A stretch of DNA of 63,627 bases, the filler included, from Cercozoa sp. M6MM (Eukaryota; Protista; Endomyxa: Ascetosporea): NCBI GenBank assembly GCA_040357565.1. It is 16 parts of 16 records of this genome, joined end to end, with 100 filler letters (N's around TTAATTAATTAA, not from the genome) between each part and the next. Parts side by side here need not be neighbours in the genome. Positions count along the whole stretch, not along the records: positions 52,029 to 57,256 come from JBDODJ010000942.1; positions 57,357 to 60,558 come from JBDODJ010001563.1; positions 60,659 to 61,895 come from JBDODJ010002100.1; positions 61,996 to 63,627 come from JBDODJ010001969.1; 12 more parts are not named here. One strand, given 5' to 3'. The notes below the pieces were generated by a model, which was not told the origin of the DNA, did not search any database, and worked only from the letters and a program-made list of their open reading frames with translations. Shown here one piece after another: positions 54,120 through 63,627 of the stretch. Each line of letters begins with the position of its first letter. The first letter of the stretch is position 1. The translations under genes were made by a program, and so were the position numbers.

Positions 54120-55709
54120 ATGGGCCAAAAGAACTCCAAAACCAAACGCTCGGCTGCGTCGCTGATGTCGCTGCAGGGGCAGACTGTACCGGCTTCCTCT
54201 GTTTCCGCTTCTTGTGCTGTGACAGAATGTGCGTGCAAACCAATCAGGTCTCGGACGAGTCGGGTCGCACGCGATGCAGTGTGACAGACACCATTGAGAT
54301 GTTCTGGTGGGACTTTGGTAACTTGACTCTTGTGGAACCAGAGGTACTGCGTCTGGTGTATTACCGGTGTGCGCACAGTGGAGCCCCAGCGCCAGAAGGT
54401 TGGCGAGGTGATCTACCTGCGCTTCTTTGTGGAGCACCCCGAGTACCGCCGCGTGTTCAACAAGCTGCCGCTGAAGCGGCATGCTGCCGTGCTGATGCAC
54501 ATGCTGTCCTCGCTGATTCAGGTAGGCTCGTTTTGTATCAACACACTAAATGTGCACATGTTCACTGGCGTGCCTGTGATGTGGCAGGGCATGAGTGATC
54601 TCAAGACACTCGATCACAAGGTGCGCGAGCTGGGCCAGTACATTTACATTTCTCCGACTTGAACAGTGACTAATGTGTCAAACACGTGCATGTGTAGGCG
54701 CCACATCAGCTACAACGTGCCTCGTGGCGCTTTTTCGCATATGTAGCGTTTCTGCCGTTTGATCTCAAGTTTGTGTTGCAACGGTTTTGTGTTTTTGCAA
54801 AGGACGGAAGCCGTGGTTGCAGGCATGCAGGACGTGTTTGGCGCTGACTTTACGCACTCTGTGCGTTACGCGTTCATCGAGATGCTCAACATGTGCACGG
54901 CGATCATGATCGAGGAGATCGGTGATCAGCCGGAGCGCACCAACTTGACATTTCACAATCCCGTGAGTACCCTGACCTGCCTCGCTTCCTCTCCAGGATT
55001 CGTGAAAACGTGTGGTATCTGACAGAGTACCCGCTGCTGCAGCCGCGCAAGTTTACGCAGTTCCTGGCCGATGCGGATTGCATGAGCTACTTCGAGCTGC
55101 ACCTGGCTCGGTGCTTTTGCTTGTTTTTTCGTTTTTCCCCATCGGAAACAAACGTGTTTGTGTGTACAGTGAGGGCAAGCGCAACTTCATTCTCTTCCTG
55201 GACCAGGTCACAAAGTGGCAGAAGACTCGCTCTCTCATGTATGCTGGCTTGAGGCGTTTGACCATTAGTTTGGTCAGAAAACAAAAAACCAAAAAATGTG
55301 ACGTGCGTGTCATGCCATGCACAGGAAGAAGTCGGACCGCCAAGCACTCGCCGGTGAGATGTTTAACACGTACTTTGCCGACCAAGCTGCCGATCGCATC
55401 AGTGTGGTACTTTTTGCTTGCTGTGTAGCCAGGTTTCGGTCAAAATGGGGGATAAGTTTGGTGTAGCTGGAGGAGTCCTTGCTGGCGACACTGCGTGTGT
55501 CGGTCACGCAAGACGAGATCGCTGATGAGGTGTTTGATGACGTGGCCCATGCCGTGCGCATGCATGTGCGCGACAACCTTCTCGAAGGCTTCCGCCAGAG
55601 TCGCTACTGTCAGGTAGGGGAGACTGCCCCCCCCCCCCCTTCGCGATCTAAAGTTTGCTTTTGTGTCTAGGCACTGATTTCGTCCAAGTTCGAACGGTCA
55701 AGCAAATAG
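54120..55709 (+). CDS. N-myristoylation motif + 3/3 globin + RGS-like domain fusion protein, complete, 11 exons
   Basis: All introns are GT-AG and phase-compatible. MGQKNS; globin FWW..IYLRFFVEHPEYRRVF..KRHAAVL..LGQRHISYNV..F; RGS-like FTQFLAD..YFELHLAREGKRNFILFL..MFNTYF..VFDDVAHAVRMHVRDNLLEGFRQSRYCQ. Confidence 0.88.
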
Positions 55710-56001
55710 ACTGGGGCTCGGAGCCTTTTCTCAAGAACCCTCGACCACAGTGACATGTGTACTATAGCCGACACTCCTTACTGTTCCCAACCGACCCGAC
55801 TCGACACAACCGATACACAGCCTCTCGTCCGTCTGCTGTGTGCTCTGCCCGTCCGAACGCGCTTTTGCGGCCGCTCGTCGTGCTTTTTATTGTTTCATTG
55901 GTAGCACCCGAGCACGCTGTTCCACACCAAAGTAATCCAGCGCTCCTGCTTCGTTTTTGAACAAAAATCCCTTCAGTTACATGCTCTGAGACCCACGTGA
56001 T

Positions 56002-56826
56002 TGTTACGGTAAGGAAACCAGTAACTAAGGTATCGAAGACGACTAAATAAAGGACCAGTCAAGTGCGAAGGGACAAGAGATCCGTAGAAGGAAGCGGGAG
56101 TAGAGATACCTGCAGCAAAGTGCGGGAGCTGTAGAAAGCTTGACCCAAGCTAGGAGTCAGGTTTGCACAACATGACCCAAGCTAGGAATCAGGTCTGCAC
56201 ACCTGACTGTTACAGCATGAACTACTGTATCCGCGCGGAAGCAACCCTAAATTACAACTTAAAAAAATCCTCAAGAGAGGTGTGGACGATTAGTCCAGAC
56301 TGTGTTTGAGTAGGGAAGCCTTGAGCAAGCCTTTTGCAGCTGAACCCAAAGAAGGGCTCTCTCTCGACCAGGTAATCTGATCTCTCCAGTTGGCTTCGCT
56401 TCTACCTGTCCTCTGCCTTTCCAGGGCGCTTCTTTTCTTTACTTCCAACTCAATTGCCATCTGACGGGTGCCTTTCCCGTCCACCACCAGTGCTTTGCCG
56501 CCCAACTGAACCGTTGGGGTAACTCACTCTTTCAAACTGACACTTGGCCACTCTTCCTCCAAGAACAGACTTTATTACGTTCCTTAGTTTTTTTTTTGTT
56601 TCACTGGCAAAGCACTCTTAATTTACCAAGGCCCGATCCTATCTGAGAGGGCTGCGGTAACATGACTATGCAAGGTAGAAGCCTCAGGATGTAATGCAGG
56701 AGATCCCTAGCAAAACAAGTCCTTCGCTATTAAACCATACTGGTTCAGATTTGATCGTCCGCGCTGGCGAGTAACTTAGTCAGTCAGATGACAATTTGAC
56801 TGGTTGGGAAACGCTATGCCGTAACA
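56002..56826. mobile_element. Outer TGTTACGG...CCGTAACA-bounded element containing the nested insertion
   Basis: Perfect 8-bp inverted termini; internal ~32-bp direct repeat at about 56142-56202; no matching TSD. Confidence 0.5.
56208..56662. mobile_element. 455-bp TGT...ACA element with 4-bp TSD (TGAC), copy 2 (internally deleted)
   Basis: Same termini as 23008-23570; TGAC at 56204-56207 and 56663-56666. Confidence 0.88.
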
Positions 56827-56980
56827 TACCAGCTCTCAACCTTAGCAATGCACTCCAATTCTTCTTAGAGATGAGCTGATAGGTGCTTGGTTTCCTAGAA
56901 GACTCAACTAGCTGATAGGTGCTTCCACGCGGAGCAAGCAGTCACGGCAGTAGGTTGTCTGATGTCGACGCCGCGTGTTT

Positions 56981-57246
56981 TAGTGCGCCGACACGAGCGC
57001 GGCCTCGAGGTCCGCCTTGAAGTTCGGTGTCGCAGCTGCCACGCTGCCCTGTGCACAGGGCAGAGGGTTAAGGGTTAAAGGATTAAGGGGGTAAGGATTA
57101 AGGGGAATTAAGGGTAAGGATTAAGGGGGATTAAGGGGTAAGGATTAAGGGGGCAATACATTGGCCTCGGCAGGCAGCATGTCCTTGTGCTCCTCCGGGA
57201 AAACAATGTCCTGCACCGACCACACCGACACGGGCTGGCGGTCCTG
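56981..57246 (-). CDS. Last exons of an unidentified gene
   Basis: DRQPVSVWSVQDIVFPEEHKDMLPAEAN|GSVAAATPNFKADLEAALVSAH*. Confidence 0.5.
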
Positions 57247-57409
57247 TACAACGAGGNNNNNNNNNNNNNNNNNNNNNNNNNNNNNNNNNNNNNNNNNNNN
57301 TTAATTAATTAANNNNNNNNNNNNNNNNNNNNNNNNNNNNNNNNNNNNNNNNNNNNGGGGGGGGGGGGGGTAAAGAGGGGTAAAGGGGTGGGGGTAAAGG
57401 GGGGTAAAA

Positions 57410-60400
57410 CCTTGACCAACTCGGCCGCCGTGGCACTGTCGCCGTCCAGTCGCGCCTGGTCGGCCATCTGCAAGCCACTCACACGTCCGCGCGGACACCA
57501 GAAAATACATAAAAAGAGAAAAATACCTGACGCTTGTGCAGCGAGAGTGCGCGCAAAGCGATGCCGCTCGTCGAATTCTGTTTTCGGCCACGTCCGCGCG
57601 GATGTTAAAAAAAAACAACAACAACCCATACAGAAAACAACAACACACCTGTCGCACAGCACCGGCGCCTGCTTCGGCCACCATCTGTTGTCGCACCTGC
57701 TCCAGGGGGAAGGGGGGAAGGGAGTGAGAAGGGGGTAAAGGGGGAAGGGAGTGAGAAGGGGATTAAGGGGTGGGGGTAAGAAGGGGGTAAAACTACCTGC
57801 TGCTGCGACTCGGCAATAGCGGCGTCGAAATCGCTCTGCTGCGACAGTCGCACCATGGCCATCTCGGCACTCGGCAGCACCTCACTACGGGGGTTACAGG
57901 GGGGTGAACAGGGGGTAAATGGGGGGGGGGGGGGGGGGTAAACAGGGGGGTAAAAAAGGGGGGAGGGTAAAACATGACTACATGACTCTCGGCGCGCTGA
58001 CGCATTTCGGCCGCGAGCTGCGGCAGCGCGAGTTCCACCAGTCGCGTCTGACGCAGCGTCCGCTCGGCTGAGCACAGCAACACCGGCGTGCCAAAAACAA
58101 CAAGAAAAAACAACAAGAAAAACAACAACAGCAAGAAAACCAACAAAAAAACAAGAAATACAAAAAAAAACAAGAAAAAACAAGAAAAAACAATAAAAAC
58201 AACAACAACACAAAAAACGACAAGAAAAACAACAACAAAAAAAACAACAAAAAGAAAACACAAGAAACGCACCGGCGTCCGCGAGGATGTGCTCGAGCGG
58301 CAGAATGCGGCGCAGCATGCGCTCCTCGATCTTGGCCTGCGCGCGGTGCGCCTCGCTCGGAATGTGCTCGCGCCACTACGTCGCGGGGGGTAAAAAGGGG
58401 GGTAAGAAGGGGGTATAACTGCTACCTTGCCGCCGTCACAGTTGCGCAGAGCTTCGTCGGCCGCGTCGCGCAATTCCGCGTGTTTCTGCGATTTCTCGTT
58501 TTTTTTGCACTGCAGGAAAATACAGAAAAAAAGGCTGTACAAGCAGGTCGATATCCGGGTCGAACACCTCGCCTTGTTGACGCACGAAGTCAAACACCGT
58601 CTGTCCGCGCGGATGCAGCAAAATACAAAAAAACAACAACAAATAACCAGGATACCGGATCAGCGCGACCGTTCATCCAGGTGCGACCCTCGTACAGATA
58701 GGTCAGCAAGCGATTCTCCTTCTGCGGGGAGGGGGTAAGGGGGGTAAAGGTATGCTGGGGGGGGGGGGGGGTAAAGATGGTAAAGATACATCGGCCTCGG
58801 TCATGACGTTCGACGACTCGGCAATGTGCGAGTCAAGGTCGTACTCGCCCTGGGGTAGGAGGGTAAAGAGGGGGGTAAAAAGGGGGGCAAAACTTCGGCA
58901 ACCTTGAGTGCACGACGCAACTCGACTTTTTCGCGATGTCGCTGCAGGAAGCTCTCGTGCGACTCCTCGTCCCTCTGTGTATTTTGTTGTTTTTATAACA
59001 GACAGTACAAAACAAGAAAAACAACAAGAAAAACAATAGGTACGAGGTATTTCTCCTCGGCATCCAGCACGTGCAGTCGAACGACGCGATTGAGATTCTT
59101 GGTGAACTCGTCGCGCATCTGTATTTTCCCGGGTCAGACAAATACAGAAAATCATCATTTTCCCCCCCGTATTTCTCAGCAACACAAATAGCGAATAACA
59201 AATAGCGAATAAAGCATTAAAAAAAGCATTAAAAACTCGGATATTCAAAGTGGTTTTGGTATTTTCCGAGTCGGAAAAAAAGAGGGAGGGTACCTCCTTG
59301 GCCTGCTGATCGAAGGCCTGGCGGAGGAGTGCGAGACTGCTGCCGTCGCCGAGGCGGAGTTGTCTAGCCGCGCGGCGTTGGCGCAGTTCGAGTGTCTGCG
59401 GTGCGTGCTGCACCAGCATGGCCAGCTCGCGGTGCAGCGCCGCCACTTCCTCCTCCGTCGGCACGCGCTTCACCTGGGGAGGGGGGGGGGTAAACAGGGG
59501 GTAAATAGGGGGGTAAACATGGGGGCAAAAGCTACCGCCTTGACGAATTGCTCGACGAATTTGCGCATCACGGCAGTGACCTGTCAACACAGGGTATAAT
59601 TCAAGGTACATTAATTCAGGGTACATTAAAAATAAGGGTGCGTTGGGGTTTTTGTCAAGGGTGTGTTGGGGCTTGTTAAGGGTGTGGGCATCTTGTTAAG
59701 GGTGCAGCTACCGGAGGGTCTCGACGCTGTCGCAGCATGCGACGCAGCACGGTGAGTTGCTCCTGCACCAGCGGCAGCTCCTCCGGCAACGAGCCTGCCT
59801 CTGCGGGGAAAGGGTAAAGGGGTAAAGGGGGGTAAAAGGGAGGCTAAGACTCACCGAACTGCTCCGCCGTCTCCAGTAGCAGTTTCTCAGCCTGCACAAA
59901 CACACTTGTCCATACCAACTCCATACCAACAAGACTGTCCATGCAGTACTACCTTGACACGTGTGTCACGGTCCAGTTCGTACACACGCATGCCGAGATC
60001 GATGGCCAGTTGCTCCTGCAAGGGGGGGGGGGGTAAGGGGGTAAGGGGGGGGGGGTGGGGGGTAAGACGGCGCACCTTGGCCGACTGCACCAGCATGGCG
60101 ATCTTGCTGTCCAGGCCCTTCTCCCACGTCATCGCCTACCAGAGGGGAGGAGGGTAAATAGAGGGGTAAACAGGGGGGGTATAAACGCCAAAAGCTACCG
60201 CGCGCTCCTCGAGTTCTGTTTCGAGGTGCGTCAGACGACTGCGCGCCGTCACCACGTCCTCCTGCACCCAGGGGGGTAGGGGGGTAAGAAGGGGGTAAAG
60301 GTATAAAAACGCACCACAAACTGCTGTCCGAACAGAGCGCGACACGTGTCATTCAGCAGCATGGCCGCGTTCTGTTCATGTCCAAATGTACTTAATTAAG

Positions 60401-60531
60401 GGTGTGTGTGTTTTTGCTAAGGCTACGGGATCAGCCTCGGCAGCCTTGACCGACATGAAGACCTCCTTCCAGGCGGCGTACATCTGCGACTGCCGACTGC
60501 GCAGCTGCAGCATCTCCTCGCGCAGCTCGCC
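57410..60531 (-). CDS. Hypothetical coiled-coil multi-exon protein fragment
   Basis: Many GC-rich helical exons separated by G/C-run or A/T-run introns. Confidence 0.55.
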
Positions 60532-60658
60532 CTACAGGGAGGGGGTAAAGGGGGGGGGNNNNNNNNNNNNNNNNNNNNNNNNNNNNNNNNNNNNNNNNNN
60601 NNTTAATTAATTAANNNNNNNNNNNNNNNNNNNNNNNNNNNNNNNNNNNNNNNNNNNN

Positions 60659-60707
<49 letters not shown>

Positions 60708-60772
60708 TTTCGCTCTCGCTCTCTTTCTCGCTCTCTCCGTATGTATAGATGCCTGTTAATAATTATACACAG

Positions 60773-61848
60773 GCACTGTTCGCACCGACGCTGCAGTTTG
60801 CGGCCAAGGACTCGCTGTTTGGTAGATGCCTTTCTTGGCCTTGCTTTTTCTGGGAGGAAGCGTTGGTATCTGCACTGTGATGTATGCAGGTGGCATGATG
60901 AAACGACAGATCGGCATGGGCTCACTCGATCTGGAACCTTTCGTGCGGTGCCTTGTGTTTTTTGTGCTAGCTATAACCATAACATCATACACCGGCTCGT
61001 GTGTTGCAGAATGCTGCACGATCCCGAAGCACGCGAGGCCTTCCGTCAGGTCTCAACATATACATCTACTTACTGTATGTTACACTTTCTTGTGCAGGGT
61101 GTTAAGGTGCCTGTAATCGATGCCGTCGCTGAACAGGTAAATTCAATTTACCGAGGTTTAATGATGTCTACGAACACACGAACACAACACATATTTGCAG
61201 CAAGAACGCGACGAAAGACGCACCAAAAAACTGCGTCAGCAGCGCGAACTCGAGGTATCAAACAGCAGTAGCTCAAATGATACAATGTAAGTAGAGCGCG
61301 TTTTTGTATGTTTATATGTATTTGACTTTCGCAGGCACAGCGACGACGCGATGAAGAACGCGCACGCGAAGACTTACTGTTTGAGGTGTGTGACTTTTGG
61401 CGTTCTGCAAACGCAAAGAGACACGGTGTTTGTGCAGATACTGGACGGCTTGGAGGTGCCGCATGAACCAGTAGAAACCGGGCTGGCCAAGGAACTTTCG
61501 GTGCGCACAGATCACGAGTTGCTGACGCCCGTTGAAGCCACACAAGTCGAAATGCAGTACACCTTTTGTTTGAACATATTTTGTCCGGTTTATGCGTGTT
61601 TTCAGCGACATGACACAACACGATTTACGTGATCACGAAAATGCCGACGAAAGCAAAGCTGCCGCGGCTGAAGCGCGCGAAGACGTCGAGAACGAATTCT
61701 CGCAAAAGATCTTCGTTTTCGATGCTGCCGCAGCTTCGGAACACGCTGGTGCTGCCATTGTATTGTCTTTTGCTCGTGAAGCAAACTGTTAAGAGTAGGC
61801 TTCGGCGACAACAAGGAGGACCTCGCTTCGGACAAGCCGTTCTACATG
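60773..61848 (+). CDS. Hypothetical multi-exon protein fragment
   Basis: Exons such as QERDERRTKKLRQQRELE|AQRRRDEERAREDLLFE|ILDGLEVPHEP. Confidence 0.5.
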
Positions 61849-61995
61849 GTATGTTTTTTGTGTCTGTGTAGGTATTAATGCAACGGAGTGTGGTGNNNNN
61901 NNNNNNNNNNNNNNNNNNNNNNNNNNNNNNNNNNNNNNNTTAATTAATTAANNNNNNNNNNNNNNNNNNNNNNNNNNNNNNNNNNNNNNNNNNNN

Positions 61996-63627
61996 GCAGC
62001 ATCATCTAGGCGACGCTGCACCAGCCCCTGTCGTGCGACTTGACGTGAAGGTCGATGAAGACACGGGCTTTCATCGCCATCACTCGAGTCAGTGCAAGAA
62101 GTTTCATCACCAAACTCGTTGGTCTCGTCCTCATGTGACACGTCACTCAACAGAGCTGCTTCATCTTCAGGGCCTTCGACGGCTAGCGCCAAGCTTCGCT
62201 CGACTTGTTCTTGAAGATTGCTCGTCGGTTCGGCCTACCAGTGCACGATAGATGAAACACGCAGTATCATTGAAATACAGCGAATTACAGTGTCACTGTT
62301 GTTTCTGGAGCGTTCAAGCTTTGCTTGTTGAATGCGCTCCTCGTAGTACAGCATCCACTCTTTGTCACTGTCGGTGTAATTCTCATTGATGTCTTCACCT
62401 CCATACTCCACATCGCGTCCAGCAAGCGAGACCAGCGCTGCTTTGCTTCCATTTTGATGCAGTTCATGAACCTACCAGAAGCGGAAACACGCTTTTTGAA
62501 CAGGCTCTACATTTCATGATGGTACAGTAAACTTACCACTGGAGTGCCTTGATTGCCAAGCAAACATCAGAAGGCGTGCGGGCGGACTGTAGTGCGTTCA
62601 TCCGTCTTGAGTATCGCTTGCCGACGCTGTGCATACCCTCAGCGCTGTTGATGTGCACCAGTTGGCCATCCGCGGCAGTTCGCGAAAATGTGCTGCCATA
62701 AATCGAACCCCCAGATAAATTTACAACCGCAAGATGTTGTTGACCTAGTAGAATATGCTGTACCTGATTGAGGAGTGGTTGCACTGGTAATGCTGCATGC
62801 CAACAAGAGACGTCGACTCGGAGTAGGCTCGCCATTTGTCGGTCTAACAAACAAACTACAACTTACAATACAAATCGGTGTTTAATCGATACCTGTATGA
62901 TGGTTTTGGGTTCAATGTGCTGGCGCACATGCCGTCCAATCGTGTCACTGTCGCGCTTTGGCACAAGCGTCCAGCGAACTTCTTCGACCTCGCGTTTTTT
63001 TCGTCCCGTTGTCGCGCGTCGTCTGTGCAACAACATGACATCGCGTATATGCAAACGCGGAAAAGACTGGGGCATGCGTACCTCCGACACTTCCGTGAAA
63101 GTGAGTACCCACATCGTTCCAGCCAGGCGACCACGGTGACCGATGAAACTTTGGCTGCCCCACACCCATCTCATCAACCTAAATGTAAAGTAATACCTGG
63201 TTACGCATGTAAGTACTGAATGAAAGCCAAAGTGTGGTATCCTATACCTCGGTGAGACCACGCATTTTCTTTTGCTTCTCGCGTGCCACTTCTGCCATGT
63301 ACACCACTTGAAACACGTGCTTCTTGACGCTGCGAATGAAGTCTTTGCCTAGCCCAGTTTCGTCTTGAATTTCACTCACACGGCGCTTTCGGCAGACGCA
63401 CTGGACAACTCGGAGTACTTCGTGGAGTTGCTTGCGGTGGGGAGCGAAGAAGTTCGGAATGCCACAATCACGCAGCTGCTTTTCTCTATCGCAAACATGC
63501 GTACTATTCGACGACAATGTCAAGGCAAATGCATTAAATACCGTTTGCACTTGTCACAAACAAAAGCAACACGAAAGACAGCACTTTGGGGCAGCAACAC
63601 TGTCGACATCGACTCAGCAAATTGTTG
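61996..63627 (-). mobile_element. Intron-containing Merlin / IS1595 (ISXO2-like) DDE transposase, frameshifted (probable pseudogene)
   Basis: Spliced: Zn-ribbon-like FVCDKCKR|THVCDREKQLRD; HTH-like VSEIQDETGLGKDFI; GLTE|VDEMGVGQPKFHR; MWVLTFTE; VPKRDSDTIGRHVRQHIEPKTIIQ|TDKWRAY; HYQCNHS; GQLVHINSAEGMHS. Confidence 0.85.

Noticed and set aside
58088-58393. Lys/Asn/Thr-rich ORF and its hydrophobic antisense ORFs
   Set aside because: Low-complexity (A-rich on plus, T-rich on sense) intron of the minus-strand gene.

Overview
Intron-rich genomic DNA from a eukaryote, most likely a flagellated protist with mitochondria (CCDC39, centrin, TIM50 and frataxin are present). It is not one locus: 15 artificial ~100-nt spacers (N-run/TTAATTAATTAA/N-run) join about 16 short contigs, most broken at (CA)n/(TG)n or poly-G/C tracts, so gene order across spacers is meaningless. 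Genes are split by many short GT-AG introns, so the ORF track is largely misleading; the gene models below were spliced by eye. Housekeeping genes include CNOT9, ALKBH1-like, a metallophosphoesterase, cytochrome b561, TIM50, adenylate kinase, centrin, ARP8-like, an SLC35 transporter, RBM19/MRD1, frataxin, CCDC39, UCHL5, kinesin-14, RPC34, EMC1, a USP and SWR1. The best candidate for a new system is a complete 11-exon gene (54120-55709) encoding an N-myristoylation motif, a 3/3 globin and an RGS-type domain, which suggests a membrane-anchored gas sensor linked to G-protein signalling. Also notable: an intron-laden, frameshifted Merlin/IS1595-type transposase; two copies of a TGT...ACA element with 4-bp target-site duplications (one nested in a second similar element); a tail-anchored adenylate kinase; an MBD-like plus Tudor-like protein; and an orphan, divergent LSU rRNA fragment. 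All family assignments come from motif recognition, not database searches.
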